Source: a virus
Taxonomy: Duplodnaviria > Heunggongvirae > Uroviricota > Caudoviricetes
DNA length: 23,664 nt
Virus record (IMG/VR): IMGVR_UViG_2663763326_000004
Span: 1 to 23,664 of that record
Reading direction: 5' to 3' (one strand)
In this document: positions 1 to 8,316 of the stretch, in pieces
Numbering within the stretch: the first letter of the stretch is position 1
Layout: each line of letters opens with the position of its first letter
Translations under genes and position numbers: made by a program
The notes under the pieces: model-generated
Database searches by the model: none
What the model was told of the DNA's origin: nothing
The model's input: only the letters and a program-made list of their open reading frames with translations

Positions 1-42
1 TTAGATTTGACTGAAATCGTACAGTAAAAAGCGTACAATAAA

Positions 43-68
43 GGCTCCACGAAAGTGGGGCCTTTTTT
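43..68 (+). terminator. Rho-independent terminator-like hairpin
   Basis: GGCTCCAC-gaaa-GTGGGGCC stem-loop (one G-U wobble) followed directly by TTTTTT. It probably ends a plus-strand transcript entering from the left flank. Confidence 0.4.
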
Positions 69-281
69 AGCACGAGAGCCTTTTTTGTCAGCTATCTATA
101 CTTTAAGGTGACTGCCAAAACAGACTCGACGTAGCCTTCGAGCTGCGCACCAACACGGCCTCAGATGGGCCACATCTGGAGAAACACCGCAATGTCAGTT
201 ATTGGTGACATTTTTTGATATCTAATTACATGAAATAAAAGGATTTATTTCTGGTCACGTCCACACATTGACCACATCGAC

Positions 282-314
282 AAAAAAGCCCCTCGACTGA
301 GGGGCTTTCTGTTT
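282..314 (-). terminator. Intrinsic terminator downstream of ogr (bidirectional-looking)
   Basis: Perfect 7-bp GC-rich stem GCCCCTC-gact-GAGGGGC flanked by an A-run on one side and a T-rich run on the other. It lies 5 nt past the ogr stop on the minus strand. Confidence 0.55.
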
Positions 315-318
315 GTAA

Positions 319-537
319 TTACATCCACATAATTTGCTGCCCTGACGGCAGCGGGTGCGGCCTTACGGCGTGGACTTCTCCCGGCTTCACAATGTATCGC
401 TGTACCGACTCATAAGTGATGAACGTGGCGCTGCAATTCACGTTCTGACACTGGTGATAACGCTCTTTTGTCGTGTCAGTGATATAGCGACTTGTACGCG
501 CATGTGCGGCATGCTGGCATAAAGGACAATGAAACAT
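319..537 (-). CDS. ogr: Late-gene transcription activator Ogr (zinc-finger, 72 aa)
   Basis: The ORF 319..600 contains MFHCPLCQHAAHARTSRYITDTTKERYHQCQNVNCSATF with a Cys-x2-Cys...Cys-x4-Cys zinc finger, which matches P2 Ogr as I recall it. The true start is the internal ATG at 537; the 21-aa upstream extension is not part of Ogr. Confidence 0.9.
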   Translation of the reverse strand: MFHCPLCQHAAHARTSRYITDTTKERYHQCQNVNCSATFITYESVQRYIVKPGEVHAVRPHPLPSGQQIMWM

Positions 538-618
538 CGCGAGCACCTCTTCCGGTTTTGTTGATGGTGCCATTTTAGTTAATTTATCCTTATAAAACAA
601 ACAGATAAATAAAAAACA

Positions 619-1242
619 TCACTCATCATCTTCTGTTTCGTACTCCACATCAGAAAGCCTTACCTCAAGCTCCAAAGACGTCGTGAAGCCGCTATTATTG
701 AGAAAATGTGTAACCTTAGTGATGGTCCAGTCCTGCTCGTCTATGACGCGCTTAAAGCCTGACACTTTAACCGGTGTTTCCGTGTAAATATCTGCCCGTC
801 CGGTAGCCAGGCTGATGGAGAACTCTGCTACACCCCGTTGCAGTTTATCCCACTTCGCCTGAGCGGCACGCATGGCCTGTGCTTTCGTGGCATATACCGT
901 GGTCAGGGCAAAAACGTTGTCAGCCTCACCGGCCATGTATTCACCTTCGCGCGCTTCCGGTACTTTTGGCGCTTTCTTCTGCCTGACCGGTTTCGCTTTC
1001 GGGTGCTCCAGTGCGCGCAGGTGTTTCTCTTTCTTTTTGCGTTTCAGTTTTACCTTCTGCTTTTGCGGCTTCGGGTCTTTGGTGTGTAACCACTTTGCCG
1101 TTACGCCGGTGTAGGCTCCACGGTCAGCAATCGCAAAATGATGACGGTCGCCGTCGCTGCGGGTGATGGTGACCTGCTGGATTTTTTTACCGCTGGCCGT
1201 CACCCCCTGCCCCGCTTGCGTATTTTCATGAAAGGAGATCAC
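619..1242 (-). pseudogene. D: Tail protein D (late control gene D), C-terminal fragment, separated from its N-terminal half by the IS insertion
   Basis: The ORF runs from the IS junction to a stop at 619. Its first codon is a GTG formed partly by IS-terminal sequence, and its position between U and ogr matches P2 gene D. Confidence 0.8.
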
Positions 1243-1350
1243 TCAATAACTTCCATCGAGATCGGGTAATAACATTTGAACAGATCGCTGAATAACATCG
1301 ATGGAGATCACTTTTGACTCATTTTGTTATTCAGTGATCTCCATCAATGT
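1229..1350. repeat. IS21-family left terminal repeat region (multiple transposase-binding repeats)
   Basis: A terminal GGAGATCACTCAATAAC is followed by an internal inverted copy GTTATTCAGTGATCTCC and by ATCGATGGAGATCAC. Confidence 0.55.
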
Positions 1351-1409
1351 TATTGGAACTTCACAGGTGTGTTGATCTGTATCTTTTGCCATTCCGGTAA
1401 AGGATACCT

Positions 1410-2951
1410 ATGCCAACAGTTCCAATTTCTATGAGAAAACTTAAAGAAATTCTTAGGCTTAAATACGGTGTTGGACTCAGCCATCGACAAATTGGTCGTA
1501 GTCTTGCAATCTCCCCTTCCGTTGTATCCAGATATGCTAATCGGGCGGCTCAACTTGGCATAAAGCAGTGGCCCTTACCTACAGGATGGGATGATACAAA
1601 ACTAAAACATGCGTTCCTTCAGACCCAGGTTAAGATGAAGAAGCACTCTCTGCCTGACTGGGCTACAGTACACCGGGAACTGCGTAATAAATGCGTGACG
1701 CTGCAGCTACTCTGGGAAGAATACTGTGAGCGTAATCCAGGCGGTTTTTACAGCTATAACCATTACTGCCGGATGTACCGTGAATGGCTCAAAACCACTT
1801 CACCATCAATGCGTCAGGTACATAAAGCTGGCGAAAAACTTTTCGTTGATTACTGTGGACCTACCGTTGGCGTTACCGACCCTGAGACCGGAGAAATAAG
1901 AACTGCTCAGGTCATCGTAGCTGTTCTCGGGGCATCAAGTTACACATGGGCAGAGGCCACCTGGTCTCAGCAGCTTGAAGACTGGGTGATGAGTCATGTT
2001 CGCTGCTTCCAGTGGTTGGGTGGCGTTCCTGAACTTGTTGTTCCGGACAATCTGAAAAGCGCCACATCCAGGGCATGTAAGTATGATCCTGACGTTAACC
2101 CTACCTACCAGCAGATGCTTGAGCATTATAATGTCGCAGTTTTGCCTGCGCGGCCACGTAAACCGAAAGATAAAGCCAAAGCTGAAGTTGGCGTTCAGGT
2201 TGTTGAACGCTGGATCATGGCCCGAATCAGGCATGAGATCTTCTACAGCCTTGCATCGCTTAATCAGCGCATTCGGGAGTTGCTGGAAAGACTGAATAAC
2301 AAAATAATGCAGAAGTTGGGTTATTCACGTGCAGAACTCTTCATCCAGCTTGATAAACCCGCACTGAAGCCTCTTCCTGAAGCCAGTTACAGTTACACCC
2401 TGGTGAAGAAAGTCAGAGTTCATGCCGATTACCACGTGGAAATCGACAAACATTACTACTCGGTTCCATGTTCGCTGTTAGGCCAGCAACTGGAAGCATG
2501 GATCTCCGGAGAACTGGTAAGACTCTTCAATCAGGGGCAGGAGGTTGCTGTGCACCCGCGCAAGCGTACTTATGGCTACAGTACCCGCAACGAGCACATG
2601 CCTGAAGCTCATCGACAGCATGCCACCTGGACGCCAGAGCGTCTTCTGGAATGGGCGGGGCACATAGGCAGTGAAACTCATAGTTATGTGCTTCATATAC
2701 TGAACTCTCGTCCACATCCGGAACAAAGCTATCGCTTCTGCCTTGGACTCCTGAACCTTCATAAAAAATACAGTAAAGCCAGACTTAATGCAGCATGTGC
2801 AAGAGCTCTGAAAACAAAGGTATGGCGTCTGTCAGGTATTAAATCGATCCTGGAAAAAGGTCTGGATAAACAACCTGTTCAGGATCCAAAACCAGATCTG
2901 TTATCCACGATGGAACACGAAAACGTACGCGGCAGTGAGTATTACCACTGA
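1410..2951 (+). CDS. istA: IS21-family transposase IstA (513 aa)
   Basis: N-terminal helix-turn-helix region followed by an integrase-like catalytic core. It is immediately followed by istB, the typical IS21 arrangement. Confidence 0.9.
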   Translation: MPTVPISMRKLKEILRLKYGVGLSHRQIGRSLAISPSVVSRYANRAAQLGIKQWPLPTGWDDTKLKHAFLQTQVKMKKHSLPDWATVHRELRNKCVTLQLLWEEYCERNPGGFYSYNHYCRMYREWLKTTSPSMRQVHKAGEKLFVDYCGPTVGVTDPETGEIRTAQVIVAVLGASSYTWAEATWSQQLEDWVMSHVRCFQWLGGVPELVVPDNLKSATSRACKYDPDVNPTYQQMLEHYNVAVLPARPRKPKDKAKAEVGVQVVERWIMARIRHEIFYSLASLNQRIRELLERLNNKIMQKLGYSRAELFIQLDKPALKPLPEASYSYTLVKKVRVHADYHVEIDKHYYSVPCSLLGQQLEAWISGELVRLFNQGQEVAVHPRKRTYGYSTRNEHMPEAHRQHATWTPERLLEWAGHIGSETHSYVLHILNSRPHPEQSYRFCLGLLNLHKKYSKARLNAACARALKTKVWRLSGIKSILEKGLDKQPVQDPKPDLLSTMEHENVRGSEYYH

Positions 2952-2962
2952 TACGGGATCCA

Positions 2963-3712
2963 ATGATGAATCATCTTTACGAACAACTGACCGCACTTAA
3001 ACTCACCGGCTTCCGTGATGCGCTTAAAAAGCAACTTGCTCAACCGGGCACATACCAGGAGCTGGGCTTCGAAGAACGCCTGTCATTACTGACAGCAGAA
3101 GAACTAACCTGCCGTGAAAACAGGAAGGCAGAGCGTCTGATCAAACATGCACGGTTCAGACTTAATGCTGAGTTATCAAAGCTGGATTATCGTAACAATA
3201 GAGGGCTGGACAGGGCCCTCATCCGTTCACTCAGTCAGGGAAACTGGTTAACCCTGAAACAAAATATTTTACTGACCGGGGCCACCGGCAGCGGTAAAAC
3301 GTTCCTGGCATGTGCACTTGGTCATAATGCCTGCCGACAGGGATACAAGGTCTACTATTATCGCCTTAAAGCGCTGATGGAACAGTGCTATCAGGGGCAT
3401 GCTGATGGAAGATACAGCAAACTTTTGACCAGGCTGAATAATAGCGATCTGCTGCTTCTGGATGACTGGGGGCTGGAACCTCTCTCATCAGAACAGCGTA
3501 GCGACCTGCTGGAAATAGTGGATCTGATGTACCAACGAGGCTCAATCATCGTAGTGAGCCAGTTGCCGGTGGAAAACTGGTACAAAATGATCGGAGACTC
3601 CACACATGCGGATGCCATCCTAGATCGACTGGTTCATGGCAGTATCAAGATCGAACTTAAAGGAGAATCAATGCGGAAAATACAATCTCCGTTGACCGAA
3701 GGAGATCAGTGA
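2963..3712 (+). CDS. istB: IS21-family helper ATPase IstB (249 aa)
   Basis: Walker A motif GATGSGKT and Walker B motif LLLLDDWG, in a DnaC/IstB-like protein directly downstream of istA. Confidence 0.9.
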   Translation: MMNHLYEQLTALKLTGFRDALKKQLAQPGTYQELGFEERLSLLTAEELTCRENRKAERLIKHARFRLNAELSKLDYRNNRGLDRALIRSLSQGNWLTLKQNILLTGATGSGKTFLACALGHNACRQGYKVYYYRLKALMEQCYQGHADGRYSKLLTRLNNSDLLLLDDWGLEPLSSEQRSDLLEIVDLMYQRGSIIVVSQLPVENWYKMIGDSTHADAILDRLVHGSIKIELKGESMRKIQSPLTEGDQ

Positions 3713-3744
3713 AGGTAATTTAAAAACGGTTCTGTGAAAGTGAC

Positions 3745-3785
3745 ACGAACCGATCTCCATCGATGTTACTCACCGATCTCCTTCA
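3745..3785. repeat. IS21-family right terminal repeat region
   Basis: Two direct copies of CCGATCTCC (ACCGATCTCCATCGATGTTACTCACCGATCTCC) at the right IS end, inverted relative to the left-end repeats. Confidence 0.55.
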
Positions 3786-4368
3786 CGGTAATACGCACCG
3801 CTTTGAGAAACAACAATTTTCCCATTTTTACCGACACCTCACCGCCGTTGCGTTCTGCAAGACGGGTCAGGAATTTCGCATCAGACTCCTGCGACTGGTC
3901 GATGTGCGGGATTTTAATTCCGGCCAGTGACGGAGCGACACTGGCTTCCAGCCTGTTACGGGAGGCTATCGCCTCAACAATCGCACCGAGCGTGGTGTCA
4001 TGCCAGGAGCCTTCACGGCGGGAATTGAGCGTCCCGCGGAAATCTGCACTCCGGGCGCGGATGGTGACCACATCCGGCGCGCCCCGGTGTTCAACCTCAT
4101 CAACGGTGAATTTCCCTTTGCATACCAGGGCAAAACCTTTCCAGCCGATATACACCGTCAGGACAGCGCCACGAACCGGCAGCCCGACCTGCCCGTCGGC
4201 ATCGTTCAGTTCAATATCAAGCTGGTCAGCCTCAAAGCCCCGGTTATCCGTCAGGGTCATGCTCATCAGACGGTCACTGATATTGCCGGTAATATCCCTG
4301 CTGTCGAGCATCAGCATGTAATCCGGCGTCAGCGTACTGCCTGCATCAAATGTCAGTGCATCCAGCAT
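3766..4368 (-). pseudogene. D: Tail protein D, N-terminal fragment truncated by the IS21-family insertion
   Basis: Starts MLDALTFDAGSTLTPDYMLMLDSRDITGN, with its ATG overlapping the U stop (TAATG). The last few codons (KEIGE-stop) are read from IS-terminal sequence. Confidence 0.8.
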
Positions 4369-4847
4369 TATCCCGCCCCCGTCATACCTGTGAATTTAGT
4401 CGCCATACTGCCAGCCTTACCGATGAGCGATTCCGCCTGTTTACCGATATCGCCATAAAGCGCGGCCAGTGATTCGTCAACGCGGGTGAGCGACAGCGTA
4501 AAATCAATTTTTCGGGGTGTGCCGTCTGCAAAGAAAATACTCCCTGTTTCACTCACCCTGCTGATGACATACATGCCGTAAATCATGCCGGTACCATCCA
4601 GCAACGGCCACGCCCGACCTTCCTCTGCCATCAGCCTGAGCGTGGTCATCGTCAGCTTGCCGCCGGTCAGTTCGGGATAAAGCACACCGGCCAGCGTCAT
4701 GTTTTCCTCGCCAACGCCGAGAAACTGGTAGGCATCCCGTTTACCGATACGGGAATTTGACGGCCAGCGATAATCTGATTCACGCTGCATGGTCTGGTGT
4801 GGCAGCGTCTGGCGCATAAAAACAAACATACCTAACGCGAGCATCAT
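4368..4847 (-). CDS. U: Tail protein U (159 aa)
   Basis: Length and position match P2 gpU between T and D. Confidence 0.85.
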   Translation of the reverse strand: MMLALGMFVFMRQTLPHQTMQRESDYRWPSNSRIGKRDAYQFLGVGEENMTLAGVLYPELTGGKLTMTTLRLMAEEGRAWPLLDGTGMIYGMYVISRVSETGSIFFADGTPRKIDFTLSLTRVDESLAALYGDIGKQAESLIGKAGSMATKFTGMTGAG

Positions 4848-4861
4848 TTTTCGTCACCTCC

Positions 4862-7309
4862 TTAACCGTCATGCATCATGCTGGCACGGGAGCGCGCACG
4901 TTTATCCCGCTCGTATTTTTCGAGCGCATCCTGTAACTGGCGGTCAAGCTGTGTCCCCGGCGCAGTACCACCCGTCAGGCTGATGTGATATTCGTTTTTA
5001 CTCTGGTCCACATAAGAGCGGCCAGCCGGTGCCGTGACCGGCTGATAAGTCTGATAGCCTGCATAAGAGCTGGTCGCCGGAATATAACCACCGGTGCCAT
5101 ACGTGGCGGCATGAGTTCTGGCGGCGGTCTGGTCAAGTGTGTCTGACTCTTTGTTGATAACACCGAGTTTTTCCAGTACCCAGTCAATACCGCTGCGCAG
5201 TTTGTTGAACGCATTAAGCGGCAGCATCAGCGCGTCAGCCAGTGCCTGCCCGAACATGACCCCCGTGTCACGGCAACTGTTCAGGGTGTCCTGAGTGGCT
5301 TTGACCGGGGCAATCAGGTTTTTAAACCACTGCCACGCGGCCTGTAACTTTTCACCCAGCCAGTCAAACACCGGCTTAAGTGGCGTGAACAGTTCCCCCA
5401 CCGGCGCAAATGCCACTTTCAGCCCTTCAACCACACCGCCAAAGAATGCGCTGACAGGCTCCCAGTATTTACGGATAAGCAACGCCCCGGCGACAATTGC
5501 GGCCACCACGGCCACAACCGGCCAGCTAATAGCCCCGATGGCGGTCATAACAGCACTGCCAACCGTCGTGAAGACTGCCCCCATTGCGCCTGCTGCCGCG
5601 ATGATGGCATTGATGCCGGTGATAACCGGCCAGGCTGCGAGGCCAATGGCACCGATGACACCAATCAGCGCCAGCGCGCCACCGGCAATGATGCCGATGG
5701 TTGACACCAGTGATTTGTTTTTCTGGATCCAGCCGTCGAGTTTTAACACATACTTTGTGGCCGTCTGCGTGAGCTTACGCAGCGCGCCTTCCTGCTGGTC
5801 AAACAGGTCAGTCCCCACCGCCTCATAAGCGGACTGAAACTCTTTAAAGTCACCGCCTAGGTTGTCCTGCATGATATTTACCAGCTCGGCGGTCTTCCCG
5901 TCTGAGGCTTTAAACGCAGCGGTCAGTTTGTCCAGCTTTCCGGTTGAGGCGGCAGTCATCAGCACGGCGGCGGCTGAGCTGGCCTCCTCCCCGAAAATAG
6001 TTTTCATGTATTCAGCCTGCTGGGCAGTACCGAGCCGGTTTTTCTCAAAACTGGCCTGCATTTCTTTCAGAATGGTAAATATTGGCCGGGTGTTTCCCTT
6101 GCTGTCTGAGGTTTTCACTCCAAGCTCTTTGAGTGCATCCCATGCTTTTCCCGTCGGTGCCTGCAGGCGGCTTAACACGGCACGGCTTCCCGTCCCCGCC
6201 ATTGAGCCTGTGATTTTTGCATCATGCAGCGCCCCGACCATTGCGGCGGTTTCTTCAATGCTGACACCGGCATTTTTTGCCACAGGTGCGGCATAGGTCA
6301 GCGCATCGCTCATGCCGTCAAAATCGGCGGCGGTTTTGTTCATCGTCATGGAGAGAACATCCCCGATATGAGCGACCTTATCGTTTGAAAGCTGAAAGGC
6401 GGATTTCATCCCCATCAGCAGGGCGGCGTTTTCTTCCATCGTGCGGCGGTTCGCCAGCGCCATATTCAGCGTGACCGGCGTTGCCGCCTGAATGGCATCA
6501 ACATCCCCACCCGCTTTCGCGATGATTATCTGTGCACCGGCCGCATCATCCGCCGAGGCGGCGGTATTGTCGCCGAGCTGGCGCGCCTGTTTGCGTAGTG
6601 CGGTCATTTCGGCGGAGTCTTTTGCCACTCCGAGCACGGCCTGCAATTCTGAGTTTTTCTGCGCAAACTCATAACCGGGCATCAGCAGCTTAACTCCGGC
6701 CATCGTTCCCGCCGCCGCAATCCCCACACCGGCAGCGCCCACCGAGGCCATATTTCCGGCCAGTTCCTTTCCGGCCTGATAACGCTGTTTTACTGCGTTA
6801 AGTTTTGCCTGTTGCGCACTGACACGCGCCAGCGCATCACGCTGACGGTTAAGCTGTGCGGTGGTTTCACTGATACGGTTTTTCAGTCCCTGCTCATCAT
6901 GTGCAAGATTGCGGGTATTAATTCCCACAGCGGCCAGTTCCCGCTGCTGGCGTTTAAGGGAATCTGTCAGGCGGTTATATTTCGCCTGTAAGTCCTCCGC
7001 CGCACGCTTTGCGGATTCCAGCACTTTCGCCTGAGCACGGGTCGGACGTTCAGTGTTTTTAAACTGTGTGGCAAGGGCTTCGGCCTCCTGCCGTGCCTTT
7101 TCAAGTGCATGACCAGTCACGGCGAGCTGTGCGCTGGTCTTGCGAAATCCCTCAATACGGGATGCGTGACCGTTCAGCTCGCGCAGTGATTTTTGTGTTT
7201 CCCGGATATCCCCCGACAGCGACTTGCTCGCTGTGCGGATGGATTTAAACGGGCGGGATGCCTGGTCAACAGCCCTGAGCAATACCTGTAATTTTACATT
7301 GTTACTCAT
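4862..7309 (-). CDS. T: Tail tape measure protein T (815 aa)
   Basis: Long coiled-coil N-terminal half and a Gly/Ala-rich hydrophobic segment. The 815-aa length matches P2 gpT and the start ATG overlaps the E' stop. Confidence 0.9.
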   Translation of the reverse strand: MSNNVKLQVLLRAVDQASRPFKSIRTASKSLSGDIRETQKSLRELNGHASRIEGFRKTSAQLAVTGHALEKARQEAEALATQFKNTERPTRAQAKVLESAKRAAEDLQAKYNRLTDSLKRQQRELAAVGINTRNLAHDEQGLKNRISETTAQLNRQRDALARVSAQQAKLNAVKQRYQAGKELAGNMASVGAAGVGIAAAGTMAGVKLLMPGYEFAQKNSELQAVLGVAKDSAEMTALRKQARQLGDNTAASADDAAGAQIIIAKAGGDVDAIQAATPVTLNMALANRRTMEENAALLMGMKSAFQLSNDKVAHIGDVLSMTMNKTAADFDGMSDALTYAAPVAKNAGVSIEETAAMVGALHDAKITGSMAGTGSRAVLSRLQAPTGKAWDALKELGVKTSDSKGNTRPIFTILKEMQASFEKNRLGTAQQAEYMKTIFGEEASSAAAVLMTAASTGKLDKLTAAFKASDGKTAELVNIMQDNLGGDFKEFQSAYEAVGTDLFDQQEGALRKLTQTATKYVLKLDGWIQKNKSLVSTIGIIAGGALALIGVIGAIGLAAWPVITGINAIIAAAGAMGAVFTTVGSAVMTAIGAISWPVVAVVAAIVAGALLIRKYWEPVSAFFGGVVEGLKVAFAPVGELFTPLKPVFDWLGEKLQAAWQWFKNLIAPVKATQDTLNSCRDTGVMFGQALADALMLPLNAFNKLRSGIDWVLEKLGVINKESDTLDQTAARTHAATYGTGGYIPATSSYAGYQTYQPVTAPAGRSYVDQSKNEYHISLTGGTAPGTQLDRQLQDALEKYERDKRARSRASMMHDG

Positions 7310-7729
7310 TCGTGTTTCCGCTTCGCCGGAGCGCCTTTTCGCGCCATGTGATGAGTTCGGTCAGGCTCATGGGATATAGTTCTGATGGCGGCCAGTGAAA
7401 TATCACTGCCACATCCGCCATCAGGTCATCGACCGACAGATTTTTCGGGAACGTTACTGCACCGAGTTCGGCGACAAAAAACCGACCACCTTACCGGCAA
7501 GCGCCACAAGGTCAGGCAGTTCCAGCGCGGCGACTTCCTGCTCGGTCAGCATCGGTGCCGTCATGCGCGGCAGCACCTTAATCAGTGCATCGACTTCGGA
7601 GTTTGCGACCGCAGCCAGACTGACACCGCGCAGCGTCCCGGCATTGGGTTTCATCAGCGTGACCTGTTCGATAACCTGCTCACCACGCTTGACCGGATTG
7701 TCCAGGGTAATCACATTTTCTTTGTTCAT
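7302..7729 (-). CDS. E': Tail assembly chaperone E+E', produced by a programmed -1 ribosomal frameshift
   Basis: A slippery heptamer T-TTT-TTG (plus 7485..7491) lies near the 3' end of E. The -1 frame stays open for about 60 codons and ends at a TAA overlapping the T start (ATGAGTAA). Confidence 0.75.
7454..7729 (-). CDS. E: Tail assembly chaperone E (91 aa, zero-frame product)
   Basis: A 91-aa ORF ending GFLSPNSVQ, which matches P2 gpE length and position. Confidence 0.85.
   Translation of the reverse strand: MNKENVITLDNPVKRGEQVIEQVTLMKPNAGTLRGVSLAAVANSEVDALIKVLPRMTAPMLTEQEVAALELPDLVALAGKVVGFLSPNSVQ
7485..7491 (-). other. Slippery heptamer for the E/E' -1 programmed frameshift
   Basis: Coding-strand sequence G-GTT-TTT-TGT, i.e. 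an X-XXY-YYZ heptamer T-TTT-TTG read as TTT TTG in the zero frame. Confidence 0.7.
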
Positions 7730-7785
7730 GGTTTTCTCACTTCTGAATCAGGGTTAACCGGTCAGCCAGGCTGACCGGATGAAAA

Positions 7786-8304
7786 TCACAGGCCGATATT
7801 GCGGCGGTGTTGCTCCAGCCGGTCGACGCCGTTCACCTTCTCAATCATGTTGATGGTGTCGATTTCGACCAGCTCCTTACCGTCCATCGTCAGCCGGAAA
7901 TAGGTGCAGACCACGGAGATTTTCGACTCGGTGTCTTCTCCCTGTTTACCCTCTCCGGTGTCGATTTCTTTCTGACGTCCACGCATGACCACTTCGACGG
8001 CCACCGTTTCGCCGGTATCGTCACGCTGGTAAGAGCCTGCAAAACGAATCGGCACGGCATCCACGCCGGTTGCGGCGTAAAGCTCCCAGATAACCGAATC
8101 CGGGAAGCCCCCGAGCGACCACTCCATTGACAGCGCATCGTCATCAAGGCCGAGGTCTACCGGTGCGCTGCCGTTCATCCCCGCACCGCGATAGTTTTCG
8201 AGCTTACGGGTCAGTTTTGGCAGCGTGACGGACTTTGCAACGCCCTGATAGCTGTAGCCGTTCAGAAAGACGTTCATTAACTTGAGTTTGCGCGGCATTG
8301 CCAT
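7786..8304 (-). CDS. FII: Tail tube protein FII (172 aa)
   Basis: 172 aa, directly downstream of FI, matching P2 gpFII. Confidence 0.9.
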   Translation of the reverse strand: MAMPRKLKLMNVFLNGYSYQGVAKSVTLPKLTRKLENYRGAGMNGSAPVDLGLDDDALSMEWSLGGFPDSVIWELYAATGVDAVPIRFAGSYQRDDTGETVAVEVVMRGRQKEIDTGEGKQGEDTESKISVVCTYFRLTMDGKELVEIDTINMIEKVNGVDRLEQHRRNIGL

Positions 8305-8316
8305 CGGTCAGGCTCC

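Larger units (their letters stand above)
1229..3785 (+). mobile_element. IS21-family insertion sequence (istA-istB), about 2.55 kb, inserted in gene D
   Basis: Two adjacent plus-strand genes (IstA-like transposase, IstB-like ATPase) sit between the two halves of D. The ends are imperfect inverted repeats (left TGAAAGGAGATCAC..., right ...GATCTCCTTCA) with extra internal copies of the GGAGATC/GATCTCC motif, as expected for multi-site IS21 termini. The boundaries are uncertain by about 15 bp and no clean target-site duplication could be resolved. Confidence 0.8.

Noticed and set aside
319-600. Full 93-aa ORF as the Ogr coding region
   Set aside because: The conserved Ogr sequence begins at the internal Met (MFHCPLCQ...) at 537. 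The upstream 21 codons lie in the D-ogr intergenic promoter region.
838-1114. Two plus-strand ORFs (83 aa and 80 aa) inside the D C-terminal fragment
   Set aside because: They are antisense to a recognisable phage gene, Cys/Phe/Arg-rich and of low complexity, with no ribosome-binding site.
1229-3785. CRISPR array or other spacer-repeat structure formed by the repeated GATCTCC motifs
   Set aside because: The repeats are short, occur in both orientations and are confined to the two ends of the istA-istB element, as expected for IS21-family terminal repeats. There are no regularly spaced repeat-spacer units.
5295-6674. Several plus-strand ORFs (60-177 aa) within the tape-measure gene T
   Set aside because: They are antisense to an intact 815-aa gene, and their Ala/Ser/Thr/Pro-rich translations are typical of the reverse strand of GC-rich coding DNA.
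7476-7491. E/E' frame change as another mutational frameshift
   Set aside because: Unlike the G-run deletions elsewhere, this site is a canonical slippery heptamer at the conserved position upstream of the tape-measure gene, and both products end at sensible stops.
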